DNA of 64,000 nt. Origin: Podarcis filfolensis (Eukaryota). Under the pieces are notes generated by a model that saw nothing but the letters and a program-made list of their open reading frames with translations, did not search any database and had not been told where the DNA came from. Shown here piece after piece: positions 51,730-64,000 of the stretch; the first letter of the stretch is position 1; each line of letters starts with the position of its first letter. The stretch lies in NCBI GenBank assembly GCA_964270895.1, contig OZ185437.1; one strand, given 5' to 3'. A program made the translations under genes and the position numbers.

Positions 51730-54700
51730 TAGTGACATCCACAATGTTAGGAGTCCATTCATCTAAAATCTATGCACATATTACTCATGTAGAAGGATGC
51801 CTGCATGTATACTGGAGCAGAGATGCACTTTTAGTCCCACCCCTGGAGCTACATTTTTTTAACAACTATGTGCTTCACAGAGCCTCTACACACAGGAAGC
51901 TTGTGTTTCTATACAACCACACACCATGTGGAGTTGCTTAAAAAACAGGTATGTTGCAGGTGGGGCTAAAAGTGCAGCCCTGCAAGGATCTGTACATGGG
52001 TATACCCTACATACAAGTAACATGTGTATAGGGCCTTAGTGAATGGACTACTGGTGTTGCGGATGACATTACTAAGTCCTGCAATAGTGTAGTCAGAGTA
52101 GATATGGGAGGCTGTCTGAAAGCAACTAGAGGCCTAGAATCCTCCTTGTCCAGGATGAGCTGTAGATCATTAATGGTATGTTTGAATCATTTTAACTGGG
52201 AGTTGTAAGTGCCTACAAGTTGTTCTGTCATTTCTTCTTCTACACCTATCCTTTAGTAAATTATTCTAGGGTACTACTCAGGTCTTGTTGATCTATTTAT
52301 TCATTTACTAGGTTGGAAGCTCTCTCCCTCTTCCGCCCCTGAATATGGAAAGCCATATGTATCAGAAAAGGTGATTTTTGCCTAACTTTCATTCTCACAT
52401 ATTATCATGTGCAGCAAGTTTTTAAATATGGAAGACCATTTAAACTTTATTACAACTGCACCTGGACTATGAAACAGTACAGTACAGAAAGGACTGTACC
52501 ACATGCTATTTTTGCATACTTGAATAAATATTAAAAGGTGATGGCTTGGATTCTAACTTCTGAGAGTGGAGTTTCACACACAGAACACGTCTTTTTCTTT
52601 TCTATCATTTCACCCCACTTCAATTCCCAGTATCCTCTTAGAAATCTGCTTCTGAGACTTGGCCCTAGGGCAGACTACTGCTGTAGCAGGAAAGGAACAG
52701 TTTGGTGAAAATCAGTGTCCCAACTGAACAAATGGAAAATGCCTCCTGTGCATCTTTGGATGCAAGCAGTCTTAGGCATATGCAGAACTATTTTCACACA
52801 TCTCAGTATTAATGATATTTAACATATGGGCTCCATTTCTCCAGAGATTAAAATCAACCCAACCACCAAAGAGTCAGGGTTGGTGATAGCAATGAAAACC
52901 AATTCGGGGGAAAACGTTCCTCATCCTCATCAAAAGGTATTCTGCCACCTTCAGGTACGAAAACATTGTTCGCATTTAACACCAGTCACACCCAATTTTA
53001 TTTTGTGGATTTAAGCTGATTTAGTTCTGGTAGAACCAATGGGACTTAATGGAAACTCAGTACCACAGTTTAACTTGGTTGTAGATGAAGTTATTGGCAG
53101 TGCTTTGCTGTATGGGTAGAGAGAATAATAAACTGCATATGGTGTAAAGGAGTGAACATGGTTGCAAAATTGGTCTCTAAATCAGAAACCTGCAGAAACC
53201 TCAAGAACATCTATGTAGAAGACAAAAGTTCACAGACACATAAATATCACACTCCTAGCTGTGAAACTGCTAAATTTATCTAAATGTATAAGGTTTTACT
53301 TCAAATAAGAAAATTATTTGAGATACTGGACACAGTTCAACAACAGTTACCAATTTGAAATTGGCTTCTAAAATTATAGTTGCATTTGAAAGCCAAGATT
53401 GGTTTAAGGCTGTGCAATTTCTTTTGAACAATAAACAAACCTGAAGTAGTCTAATTGACAGCCAAATAACAAGTCCTTTCAGGCACACTGTCGCAAGTAC
53501 AGCTTTCTGTGAAGATATAGGTGGCACATTTAAGGATTTATTTTTGATAATGAATCTATATACACAGACGTCATCATGAACCTATTCAAAAGTGGAACAC
53601 TTCAAGTGATTAGTACAGCTAGAGAGGGCAGATAAGAGATCAATGAGAAAAATCACCTGGTTAAAATAAAAATAAAAAGGTGTTGCATTAAAAGGGTTTT
53701 GCTGTGCATGGAAAACAATAGTGAGAATTCTGTATTTTAGCACTTGTCCTTTACAAGCACTCCAAACTATACACCCATGANNNNNNNNNNNNNNNNNNNN
53801 NNNNNNNNNNNNNNNNNNNNNNNNNNNNNNNNNNNNNNNNNNNNNNNNNNNNNNNNNNNNNNNNNNNNNNNNNNNNNNNNNNNNNNNNNNNNNNNNNNNN
53901 NNNNNNNNNNNNNNNNNNNNNNNNNNNNNNNNNNNNNNNNNNNNNNNNNNNNNNNNNNNNNNNNNNNNNNNNNNNNNNNNNNNNNNNNNNNNNNNNNNNN
54001 NNNNNNNNNNNNNNNNNNNNNNNNNNNNNNNNNNNNNNNNNNNNNNNNCTCATCACACTAATTTACTTTTGTACAAATTTCCCCTCACTAAAAAGTTCAT
54101 ACCGAACCCCCTGTTGTACTCTTTTAAGTTGAGAATATTCAACGAGCACGTCGGCTGAAAGGCANNNNNNNNNNNNNNNNNNNNNNNNNNNNNNNNNNNN
54201 NNNNNNNNNNNNNNNNNNNNNNNNNNNNNNNNNNNNNNNNNNNNNNNNNNNNNNNNNNNNNNNNNNNNNNNNNNNNNNNNNNNNNNNNNNNNNNNNNNNN
54301 NNNNNNNNNNNNNNNNNNNNNNNNNNNNNNNNNNNNNNNNNNNNNNNNNNNNNNNNNNNNNNNNNNNNCATTTCATTGTGCTTTTGTCTTTTTTGGGGTT
54401 TTTCAACGCAGCAGGGTGTTTGTTAGCCTGGGTTTCACAGTGCATTGTGGGAACCTTTGCAGCACATGCAGCCTATATAGTATCACTCTAGTTCAAGTCA
54501 AAAAGTTTTTTCTCTCTATTTATATAATAATTGCCTATACTGATATGCAGCCCTTGTCAGCGTTCATCTAGACAAGCATCTGGGGAGGGTGGGGGCTCAA
54601 CTCCAGGGTGCTAAAAAGTTGTACATTAGACATGTGCACGCACATACATACAACTTTAATATATTGCCCTTTCTCTTTGGGCAGATAAAATAAAATAAAA

Positions 54701-55441
54701 ATTAATTTCAGTGCCACTGTTTAAAACAAACTATAAATCTAGTTGGCTAGAATTCAAAAGTAAATCCTTTGCAGAATAGGATCCCAATTCTATTTCAGAA
54801 ACTCTTGAAGAAAAGATTGGTCTAAGCTACAGAATTATGTAAATAATGAATTACCTCTTAGAAGACGCAAGGAAGTTATTACTCTGGCCATTTGATTTTT
54901 TTTTAACACAAGGCTCACTTTGAACAGCTAAAAGGCTTACATTAATGCTGCTATTCGACATGAATGTTTCCCAAGTTGTAGTGAAATGGATAAAGGTCTT
55001 TTCGGATGAATTTATCTGCTAAATCCTTGTGGCTGCCCTCCTATCTTAGATGATGACCCAAAAGAATGTCAACAGCTCATTTCCCAGGAAGCTGGAAAGA
55101 GTCACTATGCAAGTAATAATCTGCACATTCTCAAAGCACCATTTCAAACATTACATTTCACAAGCTGTTTAAAGTGAGTTTTCTCTCATCTCTACTATCC
55201 AACAGTACTTTTGTCATCAGTGTTTCCAAAATGATAGATTAAACAAATTTAAACATGACTTTAGGAAATGCCCCCACCTTTCCCTTACTCTTTCTACATT
55301 ATTCTCCATTTCATGTGCATATTTCCTATACATATTTTAAATACTACAGAACGATAGCCATGGTAGTCAACCAGGCTAGAAGGAGCATCAAAACTATAGT
55401 TTATTTCCTAACACGTTTTTATAAGAAAGCAACATTATTTA

Positions 55442-55659
55442 CAGTGGTACCTCAGGTTAAGAACTTAATTCCTTCTGGAGGTCCGTTCTTAACCTGAAAC
55501 TGTTCTTAACCCGAGGTACCACTTTAGCTAATGGGGCCTCCCACTGCTGCCACCGGACAATTTCTGTTCTCATCCAGGAGCAAAGTTCTTAACCCGAGGT
55601 ACTATTTCTGGGTTAGGGGAGTCTGTAACCTGAAGCATCTGTAACCCGAGGTACCACTG
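55442..55659. mobile_element. Tc1/mariner-pogo (Tigger-like) MITE
   Basis: TIR CAGTGGTACCTC...GAGGTACCACTG with TA TSD on both sides. Confidence 0.92.
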
Positions 55660-56556
55660 TACATAGGAATGCATTTTTATTTAATAGGTGGAGAAGCAAA
55701 CTAAGAAGATCAAGAAACGTAAAAAAAACATATCCAGAAAAATATTGCACCCAATGACATCTATATATATTACTTTCCTGTTCAGTGTTCAGACAAGATT
55801 ACTGGATGTGCAGCACAACAAAATAGCATTGGTGCAAGCCAATATTTACTGGATGGGAAAACAGAACTTGGCTTGAGAAAAAGATTCTTCTTTAGTGGAA
55901 TATACACCCCCCCCCAATATTGTGCCATGCTGACAGCTTATCTAATTAATGAAAAATATTAATTTTTGTCACACATTTTAATAGTATAACATGCGGTATT
56001 TTCTTCCAAGTTCTTCCAATAAGTATGGGCTTGAAACACATTGGCCTGCAACATTTTTTGTTTCCGCTTTGTTGTTGTGCTGGATCTCTCATTGCTACCC
56101 CCTTTCACCATCTTGTGTGAGTCAAAAGAGTATTAAAACAGCACCTGCTTTTTGCTTTCTTACATACAAACTACAGAGAGAAAACCATCTTAACATCCCA
56201 ATCATGAGCCTGATTTGGAACAAGAATTTTAAATCAGCAGGATTAAGAGTACATACAATTCTTCCCCATAAATAGAGAAACACCGGCCTATGGAAATATC
56301 TCCATGTCCTGGCACTTTGCCCCATCAGTCTGTGTGAGAAGTGAAGTGTTGGGACCACCATGGCTCTAACAGTGCTTCAGAATTTCTTCAGAGTAAATTA
56401 GGTCCAAGTAAATGGATTGAGAATTGGGGTGCCAAGAAAAAAAATCTATCAGGTAAATTTGTTTCAGAATAAATTGTCTTGAAAACATCCCAATTATCTT
56501 TAGAGAGAGTTCTGTTTTTGTCTGTTTAACATGAAGTACAGTTTCTGTAGAAGTTC

Positions 56557-56889
56557 CCATATTTTTTCGTGTATAAGACGCCCACAAATATAAGACAACA
56601 CCTATTTTTTTGAACCCAAACTTAAGAAATCAATATTCCTTGAGTAGTTGAGCTTTTTTGTGGGGGTGAGGTTGCCCTTGGGAAGGTTGCCCTTGAGTTG
56701 TTTAGCTTTTTTGGGGGGGGGGGAGGTCGCCACCACCAATAGCTCACCTGCTCGCCATTGCCAAACACCCACCACTGCCACTCGCCCGACTGCACACTTC
56801 TGCACTCACTATCTATGTATAAGATGACCCCCAATTTTTGCCTAACATTTTAAAGGAAAAAACATTGTCTTATACATGGAAAAATACGG
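56557..56889. mobile_element. pogo/Tigger-like MITE
   Basis: TIR CCATATTTTTTCGTGTATAAGAC...GTCTTATACATGGAAAAATACGG|TA. Confidence 0.85.
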
Positions 56890-57644
56890 TAGTGGTTAAA
56901 ATGGGATTTGTCAAAGGTAATGTTGCAATATTGTAGTTCTATATAATAGAAGTACAACACTCCGAGCTGAAAAGCCATACATTTGCTCCAGTGTTGTCTA
57001 AGATTAATTAAACAGCACATCCCACTACTTTCAGGATTTCACTGATGTTACAATCTATTCTGAAACACTTACAATTTGTTTTTGCCACGTTCAAACCCAT
57101 TACAAATTCAAATTAACTGGTGTCTCTTTAGCTCTCTGCAGTAAGAACAACCAAATTACTCTTTACACTTTATGATGTGCTTATGGCTGCAAAATTATTG
57201 ATCTCCTTCACTGCATTCTTCTTCCAAAGTTTTTGGAATAAGAATTGTCTGGACCTGCCATATCAAATTAGAGAGCAGTCAGGAGTGTCTAAGTCCAGCT
57301 TTAAAACAAATATCATAGCAATTACTTAACCATATGGAAAATAGGGTATGTCTTTCCGGAAAGCTTTTATACATTTTCTATCTCAAATGTCAACTTCATT
57401 AGAAACTCTTTCTGACTTGCATCCTAACAGATTGCTAAATATCTACCTGCTAACCCACCATGAAAAGAGTATTTCAAATGACAGTACTTTTCCTAAAATG
57501 CAGTGCAAATAATCCAATTTCCAGAGTAAATTAAATGAAAGTTGTGTTGTGGTATATTTTCTAAGTTTGAATACCTATGAAAAACACACCCATGATTGAT
57601 ACAATACTCATATACAGTACACATATGTTAACGTGTGTGTATGC

Positions 57645-57843
57645 CAGAGCTTTCCAAACTGTGTGTCACAACACATTAGTGTGTCATTTGCAGTGTGTAG
57701 GTAGGTGTGTCACACAAATGCTCCTATCAGGGCTGGAAAGGGGTTAGTTTACCCTTCAGTTTGCTAGTAAAACTGAATTACTGTCGCGAAATGATGCATG
57801 GCTAAAAAGTGTGCCACCAACATGAAAAGTTTGGAAACCTCTG
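57645..57843. mobile_element. hAT MITE, second copy of the 33077-33260 family
   Basis: Same TIR and internal ggaaaggggttagttt...tttgctagtaaaactgaattactgt. Confidence 0.85.
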
Positions 57844-57850
57844 GTGTGTG

Positions 57851-57876
57851 TACACACGTACACACACGTACACACA

Positions 57877-57916
<40 letters not shown>
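57851..57916. repeat. (CA)n microsatellite with CGTA interruptions
   Basis: Seen directly. Confidence 0.95.
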
Positions 57917-57919
<3 letters not shown>

Positions 57920-60787
57920 TAGTACCTTCCACTGCACCAAACATACATCTTTGGAAGAGCCCACATTGTATTTAGGTTGAGATTCCTATGACTTAGAGGC
58001 CAGATGTTTCACAAATGGCCAACAATTGGTTAGAATAAATTAATGACTGATTTCTGAGCTTTGATGGAATTACGCATACTTCTTTTCTCAATGTGCCATG
58101 TGAATGTTCTCCAGTTAAAGGTTTTTTTTTTGACAAGTGAGGCCACCCAGCAGAAAACAACNNNNNNNNNNNNNNNNNNNNNNNNNNNNNNNNNNNNNNN
58201 NNNNNNNNNNNNNNNNNNNNNNNNNNNNNNNNNNNNNNNNNNNNNNNNNNNNNNNNNNNNNNNNNNNNNNNNNNNNNNNNNNNNNNNNNNNNNTCTTTAA
58301 AGGGCCCGAGACCAATTCCTATGTAAATACATTTGCATACTCTTACAAAGAAAATGTTCTGGGGCTGTGATTAAACTTGCACAACTAGATAGCTCCTGTG
58401 AACATATTTGTGATCCCCCATAAGTACTTTCTCAAATACATACAAGTAAATGAAGCTGAATGTCAGGTCTCTTTACAAGAACCTTTGTAGATAAGAAGAA
58501 AATCACTACAATCCACACAGAAATACGCAGGACTGAGCCAATACAACGAAAGAATATAAAATTCGGAACACTGGAGATTGTTTTACTTTGCTTATACAAT
58601 GACTGTGGGGCTTAGAGGCCCCCCTTCTTTATAATGTGTGATAATATGAATATTATTCACACATGTAACAGCATTTTTGTTGTCACAAATGGACAACTGA
58701 ATCTTTGGGTACTTTTGCATTTCTACTATTAATAATTTATTTTCTATTTCCTTACATCAGTGAGATTTACAATGTCATTTATTATCCTGGCAGCTGCAGC
58801 ATAGTCTGCACATGGCCAATTCAAGTATAATATCACCATACATTCAGTAATTTTATTCTGAAGTGAAGGAACTAAAATTTTATTCTTAAGTAAAGGAATT
58901 AAAATTTAAAGCATAAAAATTGCAGCCTTCAAGAATTCTTGTATGACTATCATACAATTCTGACTTGAAAACAAAGAAGTGGAAGTATCCTGATGTAGTT
59001 AAGCAATATGCATGCTTTCAACTCATAAAAATGAGAGTGATCTGATTTTGTTCAACTGACAACCACAGGTTATCCAGTACAACATATATTTTTAATGCAT
59101 GTTTTAAAGTGACTCATGGCACATCTTAACCTTTTACTTTCAAATAAAAGTTGTAACATATATCTAAAGTAGCAGTTTGAATTTGGATCTTTGTTCCACC
59201 GTGTGAACTAAGAATATTTTTATAATGTGACATTCTTACTTTGGAAAATTTGAAAACCTTAATAACTACAAGTTATCTAATCTCCCACTTACCCTGCATG
59301 CAATTAATAAAATAAGAAAAACAAATTATATGTACTATTTATCTTCCTCCTCATTAGTACTGAACATGTATGTTAAAGCTTCACTTTTCCAAATACCACA
59401 TCTAAGACCGATTTCTCTTACTACACTAAGCACATCAATGCCCAAGCAAATGAACTACCAAAGTGCCCTAATTAACAATTTTGCAAGTGAATGCAGACAT
59501 TAGTGCTACACTACAACCATTAAAGTCTATTCTATGCCATATCAGTTTCTGTTAACATTTCAATGGACCAATTAATGACCTCCCCCTTCCCTCAGACTCA
59601 ATTAAGCTATTTGAACATCAATTGTGCTAACTTGCCATGCATTTTATGTAAACGAGGCATGTAAGAGATTCATTTTTGTTCAATCTTAATGATGTTCTGA
59701 AGGAAAAAATATTACAAAACTGTATATGCCTCATGCTTTCCATAGATAATGCCTGCGAAAGGTGGTCTCCACCAGAATAATGCAACAGCAGAATAGGATT
59801 TAGACAGAACATGCAGTCTTAATGAGCTTCTCTTTTGAGGCATTTTTGTGTCACCAGCAGCCGTGCTTCCTCTAGCAAGGGATGGGCGCCATCCCAGAGG
59901 TAGGGGCAATCCCCCAAGTATCTGCTTCTCTGCTGAACTGTACATGATGTTTCTGAGCTATATTGACATGAGCAGCTACTTTAGTTCAATAAACATTAAC
60001 ACACTTTAATTCTTGTTTGGTGGATTTCTGTGGGACACTGTGGATTTACAATTTCCCACATCCTGGAAGGCTATTAAAATCACTTTCAATATTGTGGCAT
60101 TCCATGTGGTGAGCATAATAGCTGAAAGCATCTTATCTTGACCATAAGCCCAGTTGTGCGCTGCACTTCACCACCAATACTAGGCATCTCAGCTGGGCAT
60201 GAATAAAATGCACATGCTACTGAGCTGAAACCAGTCATAACAGCCACAAAGCAGCTCTACTGAAGAGGGGGAGAAGCTGTAAGCTGAGGAATGAACAGAA
60301 GTGCGTAACTCTTCTCTTGAAGAATATGCAGCTCTTACTGAACCTTTGACTCAAGTAAGCCATTTCTGGGCCATTCAACAAACCAGAGGCACCAGGTTGC
60401 CCCCAATATTGGGGGTGGGGCGTCACATGCGCAACACCACATCTTTTGGAGAAGGCCGAGTGCCCTGGAGGAGCTGGCCACTGAAGCTGTGATGCGCAAT
60501 GAGCGTGACGTCGCGCCCACACGACACACACACTGTGCCCCCTCGCCACTGAGGGACCCAGCCCCTTTCCAACAAAGACTGAGGAGGCGTGCCAGCAACA
60601 AACCATCTCTGCTGCAAAAAGGATTATTGCTTCTTCTCTAGAAAGCAAGGCAGAAGGGAGCTATTGGATATCCTGCCATCACTTTACACAAGTTATTCCT
60701 CCATAAGTGTGTATTGGGGGAGAGATAAAGGATATATTTTAAACATTTTAAAAATTGCTTTAAAAATTTTCAGGAAAGTTTTTAGAA

Positions 60788-60788
<1 letters not shown>

Positions 60789-60821
<33 letters not shown>
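60789..60821. repeat. (GCAA)n microsatellite
   Basis: Seen directly. Confidence 0.95.
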
Positions 60822-60896
60822 AAGAATGTATTTTAATTATTAGATAAAAAGCTGATATGAACAGTAGAACAAAGTGCACCTTCCTTAATTCCTATC

Positions 60897-61135
60897 CATA
60901 GGCGTCCACAGGATTTCCCCCCAGGGAAAATAAAACACTGAAAAGTGGGGAAGGCTACTTGCTCACAAATATGATAATATTTTCTGCACATTTTGTCTCG
61001 TATCATTTGTAGGTTCTACAAATGCTAGAAACTTACTTTTTTAAGAAAAGAAAGCAAGCTGTCAATCTGGGCATCATGACTCACGGGGGGGGGGGCGGGG
61101 GGGACTGCCCCCTTGTCCCCCCACGGATGTCCATG
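60897..61135. mobile_element. hAT-like MITE
   Basis: Ends CATAGGCGTCC...GGATGTCCATG; TSD TTCCTATC/CCCCTATC (6/8). Confidence 0.6.
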
Positions 61136-63548
61136 CCCCTATCTAAATACCTAACATAGTTAGGTACCTAACCAGTTAGTAAGAACCGTAATAATTAACT
61201 GTTTACTTAATTTCCTTAGATTTTGGTATGGAAGCTCCAAAAAGTCAATCTTTCAACTGAATTCTATGAAGACAGGAAATGCCAGCTCTTAAGAAATCTA
61301 TTTAAAATTCTGATTCTGGACATAAATAAATAATCCAATAGCAACCTGTGATAGTCAAAGTCAAAGGAAGGCATGGTATCTGCAAGGGGGATGGACATTT
61401 TCCCTTTCATATTGCTAATCTAGTATATCACTTGCTAGTACACCCCAGCATGTACTTTTTGCTCCTATCAACAATTAAATGAATACATTCATTAAACAGT
61501 CTTATCTCTGAATATGATAGCTTGTAATTCATGCTAACTAGATAAACGAAAGTAAATTTTATTTAAATTTTCATTTCCTCGTGAAACTTTGTAGATGGCA
61601 CATATCTCATGTTTAACGGACAACCGTCTAGAGCGTCCCATTCTCTAATCTTCCTAAAATCCCTTTTCATCCGATTGTTTAAGACGGCTTGAAAGGCTAA
61701 CACCAAGACTAAGACTAGGCACATGGGGGAGGGGGAAGGGAGGAGAGCTTTTGTAGGTTAGCTAATTAAACTGTTTGTCTTCTGAAACATTTAACTGGCT
61801 TTAGAGATTATTCTAATTAAGAATGATGTTAGATGTATTTTTTTAATGTAGCTATTAAAATTAATCATAATCCAACAATCTCATGCAATGAACTATGTAA
61901 ATAGAGATGTGCTCCAAGTCTTGCTCCATTTTTTCTTACTAGCAGGACGGATCGTTATGGAAGCTATGAAACATGCATTCAGATTGTAATTGATTTTTAA
62001 TTAGGGGCTATTCGCAAACCAACAACTTTTATCCATTTATGCTATTGTGCATGGTAAACAAGTATGTTCTCAACAGAGCCAAGCACCATGGGTGTTTTCC
62101 AAGCAACACAGCCATTCCAACACAGTCTGGTGTTCACACACTGTACATTCTTTTCTCTGTGTTGTACATTATGCCTATTGAATTAAAATAAAGCCCACTC
62201 TTATTAATTTTGCAAGGTCTACAAATTGGCAATGCACAAATTCAGCTTTTTCTTCAGTAAAATATAGCGGAGTTCTCCAAAATATTGCTGGCACAGAATT
62301 AAAAAAACCATCCCAAGAAAAAGGCCTATATTAAAACATGTGCACAGACTCATACACACACTCACAAACTGGCACTCAAACAAAAAGAATGCCAATGGCT
62401 AGGCGCCAATATGTAAATTGCCTGGTTAAAAAAAATAATACCATTTACTTCTTAAATTATTTAAGGAAACAAAACCGAACGAGTAAAGAGCAAGAATGAG
62501 TTATGATTGCGCCCCCCCCCCCACGTACGAACACACAAACAGGCAGCCTCTCTATGAGAACTCAGANNNNNNNNNNNNNNNNNNNNNNNNNNNNNNNNNN
62601 NNNNNNNNNNNNNNNNNNNNNNNNNNNNNNNNNNNNNNNNNNNNNNNNNNNNNNNNNNNNNNNNNNNNNNNNNNNNNNNNNNNNNNNNNNNNNNNNNNNN
62701 NNNNNNNNNNNNNNNNNNNNNNNNNNNNNNNNNNNNNNNNNNNNNNNNNNNNNNNNNNNNNNNNNNNNNNNNNNNNNNNNNNNNNNNNNNNNNNNNNNNN
62801 NNNNNNNNNNNNNNNNNNGTTTGTGTTTCTAAGCAATGCATGTATTCTATGCTGCTCACGTACTTCAGCTTAAATCTTTAGTCAAACTAGGCTGATGATG
62901 AGTTGTTTGACTTATAAGTAGCAATAATATTCAAATTTAGAAAGGGAAATATTCTGGAGTGGGGGTTGGGGGGAATCGGAAGAGGGGCAATGTCACAACT
63001 TTCTAACATTTACCTCCATTAACCTTATAGGAGGATACAAAATGCAGTCATATGTCTCTATCTTAGACTAAGCAAACCTTAAGGGAAAGTAATTTGTGCA
63101 GGTAAAATGAGTATGCAGGGATCCACTGGAGTAAACTTGCTTCTTATTTTCTGGAAATGTCCTAAGATAGTACTGAACTTGTCATCAGTTTTGACATGTA
63201 AAATAAAAATCTGGTTATGGTTTTATTTTGCTCTTAAAAATGATTACATTGGAAGATTTAAAACTGTCAACACAACTTTTACCATGGCATTAAGGTATTC
63301 TAAATGGGAGAAAATGGGGGGGGGGGATTAGAGAGGTTACTAAGGGTCAGGGGTGTGATGTATATGGTTAAACTAACATTATTAGAGATGAGATATCAGG
63401 ATCAGAAAACCTGTTACAAAATTGAGTATATTTATCTTGTTCTGGAATGATACAAGATAATGTTTGACCATTTGTATTATTGATAGAAGTTATCTTTATG
63501 TTGTTAAGGATATATATATATCTATGGCCCGTTCCCTCATATAAAATA

Positions 63549-64000
63549 CTGTATTTTTCTGTGTATTGGACGCCCCCATGCATAGGATGCCCCCTATTTT
63601 GGGGGACTCCAAATTAAGAAAATGGGGGGAAATTGCCCTAACTGGTTAATATTTTTTTTTGAGAGGATTGCCCAGAGGCTAACATGCCACCTATCAGCTG
63701 TTCCCTCACAGGCAATCACTGAGCTGGGGGGGCAGAGTTGAGCTCTTTTTTGGGGGAGGAAGTGGTGAAGCTTTTTCCCCAATTACTTTTAGCACTTTTG
63801 GCCTTTCCTGCGGGGCCTCCAAATTCTGCTTGCCTCCTCCCACTCTGCCCCCCCTACAGCTGGGAGGGAGGCTGTAGGCCGCCTGTTTTTGTGCAGCGTC
63901 TTTGCGCGGCGATTGAAGTAATATCCCCCCTTTGCGCCACCCACGCACAAATGGAACCGCGTGAAGACACCGCGCAAAAAAACAGATCACATGCAGCCTC
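63549..64000. mobile_element. pogo/Tigger-like MITE, left end; runs off the window
   Basis: TA|CTGTATTTTTCTGTGTATTGGACG resembles the TIR of 56557-56889. Confidence 0.7.

Larger units (their letters stand above)
25793..62818. other. Eight short N-runs: 25793-25988, 28114-28276, 46810-46989, 47029-47192, 53781-54048, 54165-54368, 58162-58293, 62567-62818
   Basis: Seen directly; 132-268 nt each. Confidence 0.99.

Noticed and set aside
46796-62873. ORF-track entries spanning runs of X
   Set aside because: Artefacts of N-gaps.

Overview
Vertebrate genomic DNA, most likely a lacertid lizard (inferred from Sauria/Squam1- and Squam3-type SINEs), covering the EHBP1-OTX1 locus; both genes lie on the minus strand. 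OTX1 is complete: a non-coding first exon (~16951-17043) and three coding exons (13931-13835, 12122-11971, 6267-5422; 1095 nt, 364 aa) encoding the K50 homeodomain, SIWSPA motif, poly-His and two OTX tails, within a chain of CpG islands. Upstream, on the same strand, are the last four EHBP1 coding exons (35247-35148, 32076-32003, 24454-24340, 23976-23886; bMERB domain and CaaX CVLQ). No further EHBP1 exon was recognised in 35248-64000, so it is read as one long intron. It contains squamate TEs (CR1, L2, SINEs, hAT and Tc1/pogo MITEs), candidate homeodomain-rich enhancers and short N-gaps. Best second-look items: a decayed invertebrate-type (tentatively Sola2-like) transposase with a 101-bp inverted duplication; a possible antisense TATA-YY1-splice-donor unit in OTX1 intron 1; clusters of antisense U1 sites and TCF/LEF sites upstream of OTX1; a young MITE carrying a consensus CTCF site; and a composite MITE plus LINE-tail element with an apparent 6-bp TSD. 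No clearly new protein-coding system is evident. Family names and cross-species comparisons come from recalled sequences, not from searches.
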